From assembly GCA_038321985.1 (NCBI GenBank), contig JBBQFN010000002.1:383269-447268 (forward strand): a stretch of DNA of 64,000 nucleotides, written 5' to 3'. The notes under the pieces were generated by a model. It was given only the letters and a program-made list of their open reading frames with translations. It made no database searches and was not told where the DNA came from. The stretch comes from Cyanophyceae cyanobacterium (GTDB lineage Bacteria > Cyanobacteriota > Cyanobacteriia > Cyanobacteriales > Laspinemataceae). This document shows, one piece after another, positions 1-9,800 of the stretch; the stretch's first letter is position 1; every line of letters starts with the position of its first letter. The position numbers and the translations under genes are program-made.

Positions 1-140
1 AAGACAATTTGTAACCCCGTCGCGGTGGATTCCACTCGCACTCCGGTTACTTCTATCACTTGGGCAGTCGCTGGACTTGCCAATACCAGGACAGTTGCGC
101 CCGCTAGCAATACTCCGGGCAAGAACGGCTCAAATTTCAA
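1..140 (-). CDS. 5' part of a probable AMIN-domain TonB-dependent siderophore receptor (runs off the window edge)
   Basis: Manual translation from TTG at 140 (GAGGAGAGG RBS upstream): MKFEPFLPGVLLAGATVLVLASPATAQVIEVTGVRVESTATGLQIV. Signal peptide (ATA/Q) followed by the VTGVR...TGLQIV start typical of cyanobacterial AMIN-TBDTs. Not in the ORF track. Confidence 0.7.
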   Translation of the reverse strand, partial: MKFEPFLPGVLLAGATVLVLASPATAQVIEVTGVRVESTATGLQIV

Positions 141-198
141 TTTCCTCTCCTCAGTCCTAATCTATACAATAGAAGGTTTTGCAATTTATCTCAGTTAT

Positions 199-213
199 TG
201 ATAGTAATTTGCA
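199..213. promoter_or_regulatory. Fur-box-like operator upstream of the receptor gene
   Basis: TGATAGT-A-ATTTGCA matches 11/14 positions of the 7-1-7 Fur consensus TGATAAT-N-ATTATCA, about 60 bp upstream of the start. Confidence 0.55.
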
Positions 214-466
214 TTAGTCACGTCAATCTACCCTAAGCGCTCTGTCACTGTCAAGAGGGAATAGCAAAAAATTTTAGTAAGGAGAGGAAATGGGGCAGGG
301 CAATTTCTACGAAACCCCTGATTTTGTGTGGATTTAACGGAAATTTTGGTTGATTTATCAGGGTTTTGAGGGCTAGACCGGTCAACAATCGAACCATCCT
401 CGGGCAGAGGCTGTTTTTCAATACTGAAAACTTTTTGAGAATACTTAGCAAATAGGGGGAGGACTC

Positions 467-1744
467 TCAACTCAACTCTTTCTCTTCTATCTGCCCTACC
501 AGGGGCCAACGGTATCCCAAAATTCCGACCAGGATCAAAACTAGAGAAGAAATTGCATATAACAAAGCCATCCCAGATCCCGCACCTGTACCGAAAATAC
601 GGCCAAACCAGGGCGTTAATGCGCCACCGGGTTGCATGGCGGGTTCAAAGAGGCAGTCGGCTAAGGGTCCGGCGACTGCGGTTGCAACAGTGGAGACTAC
701 TCCTAGGCCAAATGATTGGGCTGCAAATACCCGTCCCTGGACTTCGGGGGCGGTTTTTTCCAGCCAAATTGCGGTACTGGAACTGGTTAACAAGGGAAAG
801 TTTAGAGAGGAGGACAACTGCGCCGGGATCCAAATTGATAAGGATTGACCGAGGGCAAAAACGGTTTTACTGATACCGACAGCGATCGCGGACCCTAAAA
901 ATCCCTGAATTCGGCGCTTGGGACCACCCCACGCGGTCAAGACAACTGCCCCGATAATCCCGGCAATTCCAGCCGCTGCACTCACCATCCCAAATAGTTC
1001 AGAATTACCATTTGTGCGGGCTAAAAGAGTAGATCGATGCATTACTGCACCCAAATCGTGAGCAAACCAAAACAGTAACTCTAGCCCGAAAAATCCTAAT
1101 AAGGAGGAACGGGCCATAATATAACGACAGCCAAAAGTAAGTTCCTGCCAGAGTTTTGGCTGATCTGAAGTCAACTCACTTCGTGGGGGTTGGGGGATTT
1201 TGACCAAAAGCACCGTACTCACCCCAACCGCAAAGGTGAATAAGTCAATGGCGGCAATTCCCACCAGTCCGGTGATGGGGTACAGGGCACCGGCGAGGGC
1301 GGGGGCTAAAATATTTGGCGCGTAATGTACCATGGATTTCATGCTGCTAACCCGGACATAGTGCTGTTTCGGAACCATCAAACTGACTGACGCGGAATAC
1401 GCTAATTGCTGAATTTCTCCAAAAATACCATTGACTCCATTAATGACGAACAGATGCCAGAGTTGGAGTTGTCCGACTGCCGCTAAGAGTAAAATCGCTA
1501 GGGTGGAAAGTGCGGCAACGGAATCTCCCAGAATGATTGCCACCTTGCGATCGCTGCGATCGATCAGAGCCCCGGCAAATAAGGCCACGCCTAAACTCGG
1601 CAGTTGAGTAAAGACAGTGACTAAACCCAGGGCGGTGGCTGATCCGGTCACTTCCCAAGTCCAGACAATCAAGGCAAAATTGGTCATTCGACTTCCAAAG
1701 GTGGAGACCAACTGACCCAGCCAAACGGTAATAAAAGTACGCAT
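467..1744 (-). CDS. MFS transporter (DHA3/MefA/EntS-like), probable siderophore exporter
   Basis: 425 aa with about 12 hydrophobic segments; starts WLGQLVSTFGS; motif A-like GALIDRSDRK; QGRVFA in the second half; divergent from the NRPS operon. Confidence 0.85.
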   Translation of the reverse strand: MRTFITVWLGQLVSTFGSRMTNFALIVWTWEVTGSATALGLVTVFTQLPSLGVALFAGALIDRSDRKVAIILGDSVAALSTLAILLLAAVGQLQLWHLFVINGVNGIFGEIQQLAYSASVSLMVPKQHYVRVSSMKSMVHYAPNILAPALAGALYPITGLVGIAAIDLFTFAVGVSTVLLVKIPQPPRSELTSDQPKLWQELTFGCRYIMARSSLLGFFGLELLFWFAHDLGAVMHRSTLLARTNGNSELFGMVSAAAGIAGIIGAVVLTAWGGPKRRIQGFLGSAIAVGISKTVFALGQSLSIWIPAQLSSSLNFPLLTSSSTAIWLEKTAPEVQGRVFAAQSFGLGVVSTVATAVAGPLADCLFEPAMQPGGALTPWFGRIFGTGAGSGMALLYAISSLVLILVGILGYRWPLVGQIEEKELS

Positions 1745-1838
1745 GGTGATACAGGGTAACAGAATTGGGAAGGCATAAATCGAAGCGGTGGATTTCTTCC
1801 CCTGCTTGTCATCATAGGTCCCTCCCTCTCTCCATTAA

Positions 1839-1897
1839 TTGAGACTATTATCAAGAAATTTCAGCCTAATTTCTCTACTTATTTAGATAGATTCTCA
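1839..1897. promoter_or_regulatory. Two Fur-box-like sites upstream of the MFS gene
   Basis: TTGAGACTATTATCAA (1839-1854, one base short of the 7-1-7 spacing) and TTAGATA-G-ATTCTCA (1883-1897). Confidence 0.45.
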
Positions 1898-2067
1898 TTA
1901 AAAGGCTTCTAGATCCAAATCCCTAATCTGAAAATTCCCAGGATTTTTCCCGGAGGGCTTCTCTACAATCCCGATAATCCGTCATTTTTAGGGCCATTTC
2001 TGGGAAGTGGCGGCCCATCCTGTAGCGAAAAGCACAGAAAAACTCTAAAAAAATTTTTCTTACCCTA

Positions 2068-2096
2068 TTGACAAGCCTGGGGAGAGGCTATAGGAT
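2068..2096 (+). promoter_or_regulatory. Sigma70-type promoter of the NRPS operon
   Basis: Perfect -35 TTGACA (2068-2073), 17-bp spacer, -10 TAGGAT (2091-2096), about 110 bp before the ATG at 2208. Confidence 0.7.
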
Positions 2097-2127
2097 GCAA
2101 ATCATTCCTTATTAAAAAGAATTCTCA
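2096..2127. promoter_or_regulatory. Tandem Fur-box-like sites over the predicted transcription start
   Basis: TGCAAAT-C-ATTCCTT (2096-2110) and TAAAAAG-A-ATTCTCA (2113-2127) abut the -10 element. Confidence 0.45.
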
Positions 2128-2207
2128 AGAAGTAGTAAGACTGAACTCCTACTAGGGGAGAGGGCGATTACGCCGTTCAGGGGCCAAGAAGTCAGTAGAG
2201 TTTAACG

Positions 2208-5200
2208 ATGAATTACGCAGAGTACACCGTTCCACAACTCGATCGCCGTTGTTCTACTTCTGTAGAAATCCTGCGCGGGAGAGCAGTCCAACAGCCCCAT
2301 GACCTTGCTTTTCGGTTTTTAACCGATGGCGAAACCGATGGCGAAACCCTTACCTATTGGGAGTTAGACCGAGGCAGTCGGGCGATCGCTGCTCAATTGC
2401 AAGCAATGGGGTTGTGCGGGGAACGGGCGTTACTGCTATATCCTCCGGGACTCGATTATCTAATTGCCTTTTTTGGCTGCCTGTATGCTGGAGTCGTCGC
2501 CGTTCCTGCTTATCCGCCCCGAAATCAGCGAAATACACCGAGAATTTTGGCAGTATTGGCCGATGCAAAGGCGGCAGTCGCCCTCACAACCACTCAAATT
2601 GCCGCCCAAGTCCAGTCCTTGTTGAGCGAAAAAACGGCAGGGAGTGGGTTGCAATGGTTGTGTACTGATGATTTAGCCCCGGAGTTGGCTACTCAGTGGC
2701 AGGATCCGGGGGTTCAGTCCGATAGCTTGGCTTTTTTGCAATACACTTCGGGTTCGACAGGAACGCCAAAAGGGGTGATGGTATCCCAGGGTAACTTGCT
2801 GCATAATGGGGCAATTACCTACAAAGTGATGAACCATCACCCGGAAAGTCAGTTTATTTCGTGGCTACCGACGTATCACGATATGGGACTGATTGGGGGG
2901 ATTTTACAGCCGGTTTATGGTGGATTTCCCTGCACGTTAATGTCTCCGGCTGCATTTCTGCAACGTCCCTATCGCTGGCTGAAAGCGATTTCCGATTATG
3001 GGGGGACAACCAGTGGTGCACCTAATTTTGCGTATGACTTATGTGTGAGTAAAATTACGCCGGAACAAAAGGCAACCCTAGATTTGAGTCGGTGGCAGGT
3101 GGCATTTAATGGCGCTGAACCGATTCGCCATGAAACGTTAGTGCGATTTCAGGAAGCCTTTGCAGAATGTGGGTTTCAACCGGAAGCCTTTTATCCCTGT
3201 TACGGGATGGCAGAAACAACGTTGATGGTTTCGGGGAGTATGACATCGGTGCCTTATCCCTGGAAGGCGATCGATAAAGTGAGATTTGAGCAAAATCAGA
3301 TTATAGATTCGGAGGAAACGGCGGTAACCTTGGTGGGATGCGGTTCTGCGGTTCCGGATATGCAGATTGCGATCGCCCATCCAGAAACGGGAGTTCGCTG
3401 TGCACAGAACGAAGTGGGAGAAGTATGGGTTTCGGGACCGAGTGTCTGCCAAGGTTATTGGAATCGTCCAGAAGAGAGCGATCGCACGTTCCAAGCATTC
3501 CTCGCTGACAGTGGAGAAGGGCCATTTTTACGCACGGGAGATTTGGGGTTTTTGGAGAATGGGGAACTGTATATTACGGGTCGGGTTAAGGATTTAATTC
3601 TAATTCGGGGACGTAATTTATATCCACAAGATATCGAACGCGCTACGGAGTCAAGTCATCCGGCATTTCGGATGGCTGGAACTGCCGCTTTTACCGTGGA
3701 GGTGGAAGGGGAAGAACGGCTGGTGGTAGTGCAAGAGTTGGAGTTTCGCGCTAAACCGAATTTATCTGAGGCGATCGCAGCCATTCGGCAAGCAGTGGCG
3801 GAAGAATTTGAGGTGCAAGTGTATGGCGTTGTCCTGATTAAACCCGGGACAATTCCCAAAACTTCGAGTGGAAAAATTCAACGCCGTGCCTGTCGCGACT
3901 GCTTCCTGAACCATCAACTCCAAGTTGTAGAGGAAAGTTTTGTTGCCGCATTGTTGCCCGGGAAATCCGAGGAAAATTGGGACCGAGAAAGTTTGTTTAA
4001 TCTTGCACCGGAACAGCGACAAATTCAGCTTATTACCGATTTAACAACCCGGGTTTCTAGGTTACTGAATGTTTCCGCTGCTGACATTGACCCGGAACAG
4101 CCCCTCAGTCGCTTTGGACTTGATTCATTGATGGCATTTGACCTCAAAAATCAGCTTGAATTAGAGTGGGGAGTTAGCATTGATGTGGTAGACTTTTTCC
4201 AGGGCATCAGTTTAGTAGCCTTGGCGCAAAAAGCAGACAATTTGCTGGAAACTCAACCAGCGACTGACCCGATTCAACCCATCCCTCGCACCGAAGAATT
4301 ACCCGTGGGATTGGCCCAGGAACGGTTATGGTTTTTGGACCGTTTAGAACCGGAAAATCCCTTTTACAATGTGGCTTTTTCCTTGGAAATCCGGGGAAAA
4401 ATTGACCCCAAAATTTTAGAATCTAGCCTGCAAGAATTGGTGAACCGTCACGAAGGATTGAGGACTGGATTTCCCGAAGTAAAAGGGCGACCCATTCAGC
4501 ATATTAAAGCCTCGGTAACAGTGAAACTGTCCATCTCAGAGGTATTAGAAAAAGAAGTTTTTGCCCGGTTACAACAGGAAGCTAAACAGCCGTTTAACCT
4601 CTCTCAAGGGCCTTTATTTCGCGTTCATTTATTCCGAATTGAGGACCAGCACTATTGTTTATCCATTGTCCTGCATCATATTATTTCTGATGGCTGGTCA
4701 ATTGGGGTAATGGTGCGAGAACTTGCCGCCCTCTATGAAGCCTTGGCAGCGGGTAAAGTCCCGAATTTAGGAGAATTACCCATTCAATATGCGGATTTTG
4801 TCGCATGGCAACGGCAACAGTTACAAACTGAGGGATTTCAACGGGAATTAAATTACTGGAAGCAGCAACTTCAGGGCAAGTTATCTCGGTTAAAACTCCC
4901 CTGCGATCGGCCTCGTCCTGGAATTCCTACTTTTGCCGGTAAAAAGTGTTTTTTCCAATTTTCCCATTCCTTGACAGAGGCAGTTCGGGAGTTAAATCGC
5001 CAAGAAGAAGTCACCTTATTTATGACGCTGTTGGCTGCTTTTAAAATTCTGCTATTTTGTTACAGCCAACAAGCGGATATTGCAGTCGGTTCGCCGGTGG
5101 CAGGGCGCGAAAGGCCCGAAACCCGAGGATTGATTGGCTTTTTTATTAATACCCTAGTTTTGCGAACTGATTTGTCAGGGAATCCCAATTTTAAGGAAGT

Positions 5201-5687
5201 TTTACAGCGAGTCCGGGCTGTAGCATCGGGGGCTTATGCTCATCAAGCGTTACCGTTTGACAAATTAGTTGAAGAGTTGCAACCGGAACGAAGTTTAAGC
5301 TATAACCCATTATTTCAAGTGATGTTTATTTTCCAAAATGCACCGATTCCCACGGTAGAAATCCCTGGAGTGAGCTTTGAATCTCAGGAAGTGGATTTAG
5401 GAACGTCTAAATTTGATTTAAAGGTCAGTATTTGGGACGATTCTGCGGGATTTAGAGGCTCGTTTGAATATCAAACGGATTTATTTAACGAAGAGACGGC
5501 TGCACAGATGGTTGAGGATTATGAAGGCTTATTGCACCAAGTGGTGAGTCAACCTGAACTACGATTAACTGAGTTAAAAATTTATGGCAGTCGCCAGCAA
5601 CAACGACAACGCCAAGCCCAATCTTTAGAAGCCGTTAGCTTACAAAAACTCAAGCTAACCAAACGGAAAGTAACTCCTATAATTTAG
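2208..5687 (+). CDS. Starter NRPS: fatty acyl-AMP ligase (FAAL)-ACP-condensation domain
   Basis: FLQYTSGSTGTPKG, SWLPTYHDMGLIG, PCYGMAETTL and IPKTSSGKIQR (FAAL); GLDSL (ACP Ser); HHIISDG (C domain); no A domain follows. Confidence 0.93.
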   Translation: MNYAEYTVPQLDRRCSTSVEILRGRAVQQPHDLAFRFLTDGETDGETLTYWELDRGSRAIAAQLQAMGLCGERALLLYPPGLDYLIAFFGCLYAGVVAVPAYPPRNQRNTPRILAVLADAKAAVALTTTQIAAQVQSLLSEKTAGSGLQWLCTDDLAPELATQWQDPGVQSDSLAFLQYTSGSTGTPKGVMVSQGNLLHNGAITYKVMNHHPESQFISWLPTYHDMGLIGGILQPVYGGFPCTLMSPAAFLQRPYRWLKAISDYGGTTSGAPNFAYDLCVSKITPEQKATLDLSRWQVAFNGAEPIRHETLVRFQEAFAECGFQPEAFYPCYGMAETTLMVSGSMTSVPYPWKAIDKVRFEQNQIIDSEETAVTLVGCGSAVPDMQIAIAHPETGVRCAQNEVGEVWVSGPSVCQGYWNRPEESDRTFQAFLADSGEGPFLRTGDLGFLENGELYITGRVKDLILIRGRNLYPQDIERATESSHPAFRMAGTAAFTVEVEGEERLVVVQELEFRAKPNLSEAIAAIRQAVAEEFEVQVYGVVLIKPGTIPKTSSGKIQRRACRDCFLNHQLQVVEESFVAALLPGKSEENWDRESLFNLAPEQRQIQLITDLTTRVSRLLNVSAADIDPEQPLSRFGLDSLMAFDLKNQLELEWGVSIDVVDFFQGISLVALAQKADNLLETQPATDPIQPIPRTEELPVGLAQERLWFLDRLEPENPFYNVAFSLEIRGKIDPKILESSLQELVNRHEGLRTGFPEVKGRPIQHIKASVTVKLSISEVLEKEVFARLQQEAKQPFNLSQGPLFRVHLFRIEDQHYCLSIVLHHIISDGWSIGVMVRELAALYEALAAGKVPNLGELPIQYADFVAWQRQQLQTEGFQRELNYWKQQLQGKLSRLKLPCDRPRPGIPTFAGKKCFFQFSHSLTEAVRELNRQEEVTLFMTLLAAFKILLFCYSQQADIAVGSPVAGRERPETRGLIGFFINTLVLRTDLSGNPNFKEVLQRVRAVASGAYAHQALPFDKLVEELQPERSLSYNPLFQVMFIFQNAPIPTVEIPGVSFESQEVDLGTSKFDLKVSIWDDSAGFRGSFEYQTDLFNEETAAQMVEDYEGLLHQVVSQPELRLTELKIYGSRQQQRQRQAQSLEAVSLQKLKLTKRKVTPII

Positions 5688-5700
5688 CCCTCTTGTGGTC

Positions 5701-6747
5701 ATGAAATTTTCAGACTCCTCCCCTCCTCATCTAACTGCGTTCGGTGCCGTAAAACGGCGTTCCTTCAGCCTAGGAACGACCCCTTTGGTCGAAGCCAAAC
5801 CGATGTTTTTGGACCAGTCTTTACCCTTAGTCATTCAGCCGCGAATCGATGGAGTAAATTTAACCATTTGGGCGAATAGCAACCGAGAGTTTATTCAAAC
5901 TACGTTGCAAAAGCATGGGGGAATTTTGTTCCGAAACTTTGGAATTCGGGATGTGGAACAGTTTGAGGATGTGATTCAAGCTGTATCAGGAGAGTTGCTG
6001 GAATATCGCGATCGCTCATCGCCTCGGAGTCCCGTCACTGGAAATATTTATACCTCTACGGATCATCCCGCTAATCAAACAATTTTTCTCCATAGCGAGA
6101 ACTCTTATGCCGCAACTTGGCCTTTAAAAATCTTCTTTTGCTGTTTGGTTCCCCCCACCGAAGGAGGAGAAACTCCCATTGCCGACACGCGCAAGTTATT
6201 GCAGCGAATTCCCTCGGAGATTCGCCGCCGTTTTGCCGAAAAACAGGTGATGTATGTCCGCAATTTTGGGGATGGGTTTGGGTTGCCCTGGCAAACAGTA
6301 TTCCAAACAGAAAATCCCTCTGAAGTAGTAGAATTTTGTCAGCAAAATGGGATAGAGTGGGAATGGAAAGGGGAGAACCGCCTGCGTACCCGTCAAGTCC
6401 GGCAGGCGATCGCCACCCATCCCCTAACTGGTGAATCCGTCTGGTTTAATCATGGGGTATTCTTCCATGTATCCACCTTAGAACCACAAATTCGTGAGGC
6501 GTTATTAAAAGCCTTTTCCGAAGAAGATTTACCCCATAATACTTATTATGGAGATGGGACACCGATTGAATCTGAAGTGTTAGAACAAATCCGCGAGGCT
6601 TATCGGGCAGAAACAGTGATTTTCCCCTGGAAAACCGGAGATATTTTAATGTTGGATAATATGCTGACAGCCCACGGGCGACAACCCTTTTCGGGACCTA
6701 GAAAAATCGTTGTCGGGATGTCAGAACCGTTTTCCCAAAACTTGTAA
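5701..6747 (+). CDS. Stand-alone TauD/SyrP-family Fe(II)/2-oxoglutarate beta-hydroxylase
   Basis: HxE (LHSENSY), GGETPIAD, DNMLTAHGR; LQKHGGILFRNF N-terminal motif. The ORF track start is GTG 5695; ATG is at 5701. Confidence 0.9.
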   Translation: MKFSDSSPPHLTAFGAVKRRSFSLGTTPLVEAKPMFLDQSLPLVIQPRIDGVNLTIWANSNREFIQTTLQKHGGILFRNFGIRDVEQFEDVIQAVSGELLEYRDRSSPRSPVTGNIYTSTDHPANQTIFLHSENSYAATWPLKIFFCCLVPPTEGGETPIADTRKLLQRIPSEIRRRFAEKQVMYVRNFGDGFGLPWQTVFQTENPSEVVEFCQQNGIEWEWKGENRLRTRQVRQAIATHPLTGESVWFNHGVFFHVSTLEPQIREALLKAFSEEDLPHNTYYGDGTPIESEVLEQIREAYRAETVIFPWKTGDILMLDNMLTAHGRQPFSGPRKIVVGMSEPFSQNL

Positions 6748-6813
6748 TACAGAAACTTTATAAGATACGTTTACCCCGCTTTGGGGTGCATTTACCAGAA
6801 TCGGAGATTTAAG

Positions 6814-9800
6814 ATGATTAATGAGATTGAGGGGTTTCGCCTTTCCCCCCAGCAAAAACATTTATGGCAACTACAACAGCTTGATAATTTTGCCTATTTT
6901 TGTCAGGGGACGGTGAACATTGCCGGAAAGTGTGATTCCGGCATTTTAAAAACTGCGATCGCCACTGTCATACAACGCCATGAAATCCTGCGGACTACCT
7001 TTCCCTGTTTACCGGGAATGACCCTGCCGGTTCAAGTAATGACGACGGGAGAGTTCCAATGGCATGACCCTTTAGATTTAAGTCACTGTTTACCGGAAGA
7101 CAGAGACAGTAAACTCGCTGCTTACAGCCAGGAAATCGCACAACAACCCTTTAATTGGGAACGAGGGCCATTATTTCACGCTGCCTGGGTTTCCCTCGGG
7201 GTGGAAGAGTCTATATTAATCATTCGCTTACCGGCACTTTGTGCGGATTCTCAATCTCTGGAGAATTTAGGGTCAGAAATTGCCACCGCTTATCGGGCAA
7301 TTTGTCAAGGGGAAACCCTATCTGACGACCCCTTACAATATGCAGATTTAGCCGAATGGCAAAATCAGTTATTAGAATCACCGGAAACTGAAATCGGGGC
7401 TGATTATTGGCGACAGCTAGAAGTGTCCGGTTTAGGAACGATGAAATTGCCCGGGGAAATTGAGGGAAACGTTTCAAAATTTCAACCTCAAGATTATACG
7501 GTAAAACTCTCGGGAGAATTAACCGAAAAAATTGCTCAAATTGCGAACAACTATGAAGTTGAGAGTCAAACCGTCTTGTTAGCGGCTTGGCTAGGTTTAA
7601 TCCAAAGACTCACGGGACAGGAAACTTTTACCCTAGGAGTTTCAGGAGAAGGCCGAAAATACGCAGAATTATCAACAGTTATTGGTGCATTTGCTAAATT
7701 TTTACCCCTGAATTATTCGGGAGGAGAAGCACAAACTTTTACAGAAATTCTGCGGGTTGTTCATCAGGCAGTCGCGGAAGGGGAAAAATGGCAGGAGTAT
7801 TTTACTTGGGAAACTCTATCCGGATTACCCCCAGAAACTTTACCGTTTTTTCCGCTGGCTTTTGAAGGGCGAAAAAAGGCGCAAACCTACGGGGATTCCC
7901 AGCTTTCCTTTACCGGCGATCGCACCAGGTGGGTGGGGAGTCGCTTTAAGCTGAAACTCTCAGTACAACCGGATGAACAGGGTCTAATCCTAGTCTTTGA
8001 CTACGATACTCATGCTTTTGAAAGGGAGACGATTCAACGATTCAGCAACCACCTGATTTGCTTGTTGGAAAGCATGGTTGCTACGCCAGAAAAACCCCTT
8101 TCTCAGCTAAACCTCTTAACTGAAGCTGAACGGCATCAGTTATTAGTTCAATTTAATGCAACCCCACGGGATTATAATAACCCGGGCAGAATTCATCAAC
8201 TGATTGAAGAACGCGCAGCGGCTACCCCGGATAAAACTGCCCTAATTTTCAATCAGCAAACCTTAACCTACGGCGAACTAAATGCTTGCGCCAATCAATT
8301 AGCCCATTATTTACAGCAGTTGGGGGTTAATTCTCAGGATTTAGTCGGACTGTATTTTGAGCGATCGCTAGAAATGGTCATCGGCATTTTAGGCATCCTC
8401 AAAGCGGGGGCGGCTTATGTTCCCTTAGACCCTGCCTATCCGAAAGAACGGCTAGGGTTTATGTTAGCAAATGCTCAACCTTCAGTTATAGTCACCCAGG
8501 CGCATTTAACCGCAGAATTGTCAGAAATTCCGGCAAAAATTGTCTGTCTCGACGGTGACAGGGATGCCATTGCTGCCCAATCCCTAGAAAATGCGACTAC
8601 CCGGGTGGGTGAGATGGCTTATCTTATCTATACTTCCGGTTCTACGGGCAAACCCAAAGGGGTGAAGATCAGCCATCGTAACCTTTGTCACTATGTCCAA
8701 GCGATGGGTCATGCTTTGGGTATCCAAGGGGATGACATTTACCTGCATACCGCTTCCATCGCCTTTTCCTCCTCCGTCAGACAGTTAATAGTTCCCTTGG
8801 CAGCAGGGGCGACAGTGAATATTGCCACCTCACAACAGCGGCAAGACCCCCTTGCCCTGTTCCAGGAAGTGAAGGACCGAAATGTTACCGTCATTGATAT
8901 CGTCCCTTCATTTTGGCGCAATAGCACTTATGCTTTGAGTCGCTTAGAGGCACCAGCGAGACTGCACCTGTTGGCGAATCATCTGCGCCTGATTGTCTCT
9001 GCCAGCGAACCCTTAAGGTCCGATTTGCCCACAATTTGGCGGCAGGAGTTCCAACATCCGGCGCAGTTTATCAATATGTTTGGACAGACGGAAACCTGCG
9101 GGATTGTTGCTACTTATCCGATTCCAGATACCCTAGGTGAGGGGATACAAATTGTCCCTCTGGGACGGGCAGTCGCCAATACCCAACTCTACATTTTGGA
9201 TGAGTATCAGCAACCCGTCCCCATCGGCGTGACTGGGGAACTGTATGTCGGGGGTTGGGGAGTCGGACAAGGGTATCTCGATCGCCCGGAACTCACAGCC
9301 GAAAAATTTATTCCCGACCCCTACAACCCTGATTCTAACGCCAGACTGTATAAAACGGGGGACCTAACTCGCTATCTCACCGATGGCACAATCGAATTTG
9401 TCGGACGCCGGGATTATCAAGTCAAAATCCGGGGATTTCGGATTGAATTAGGTGAGATTGAATCTGTACTCAGTGAGCATTCTGCGGTCCGCGATGCCGT
9501 GGTTGTAGCGCGGGAAGAGGCTGGAGAAAAGCGTTTAGTGGCTTATGTGACGAGCGATCGCCCGGGAGAACTGGGGCGAGAGTTGCGGCAGTTTGCCAGT
9601 CAACGCTTACCGGATTATATGATTCCCAGCACCTTCGCCGTGTTGGACAGTTTCCCTCTCACACCCAATGGCAAAGTCAACCGGCAGGCACTTCCTACCC
9701 TGGAGGAATTACAGGGTCAGTCTGAGGCGACTGCGCCGCGAACTCCTGTAGAAGAACTGCTGGCAGGGATTTGGGTGCAACTGTTGCAGCGCAGTCGGGT

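Noticed and set aside
228..509. Minus-strand ORFs and a weak inverted repeat (AAACCCCTGAT/ATCAGGGTTTT) between the MFS and receptor genes
   Set aside because: No protein-like features; the region is better explained as promoter/intergenic DNA, and the IR is imperfect.
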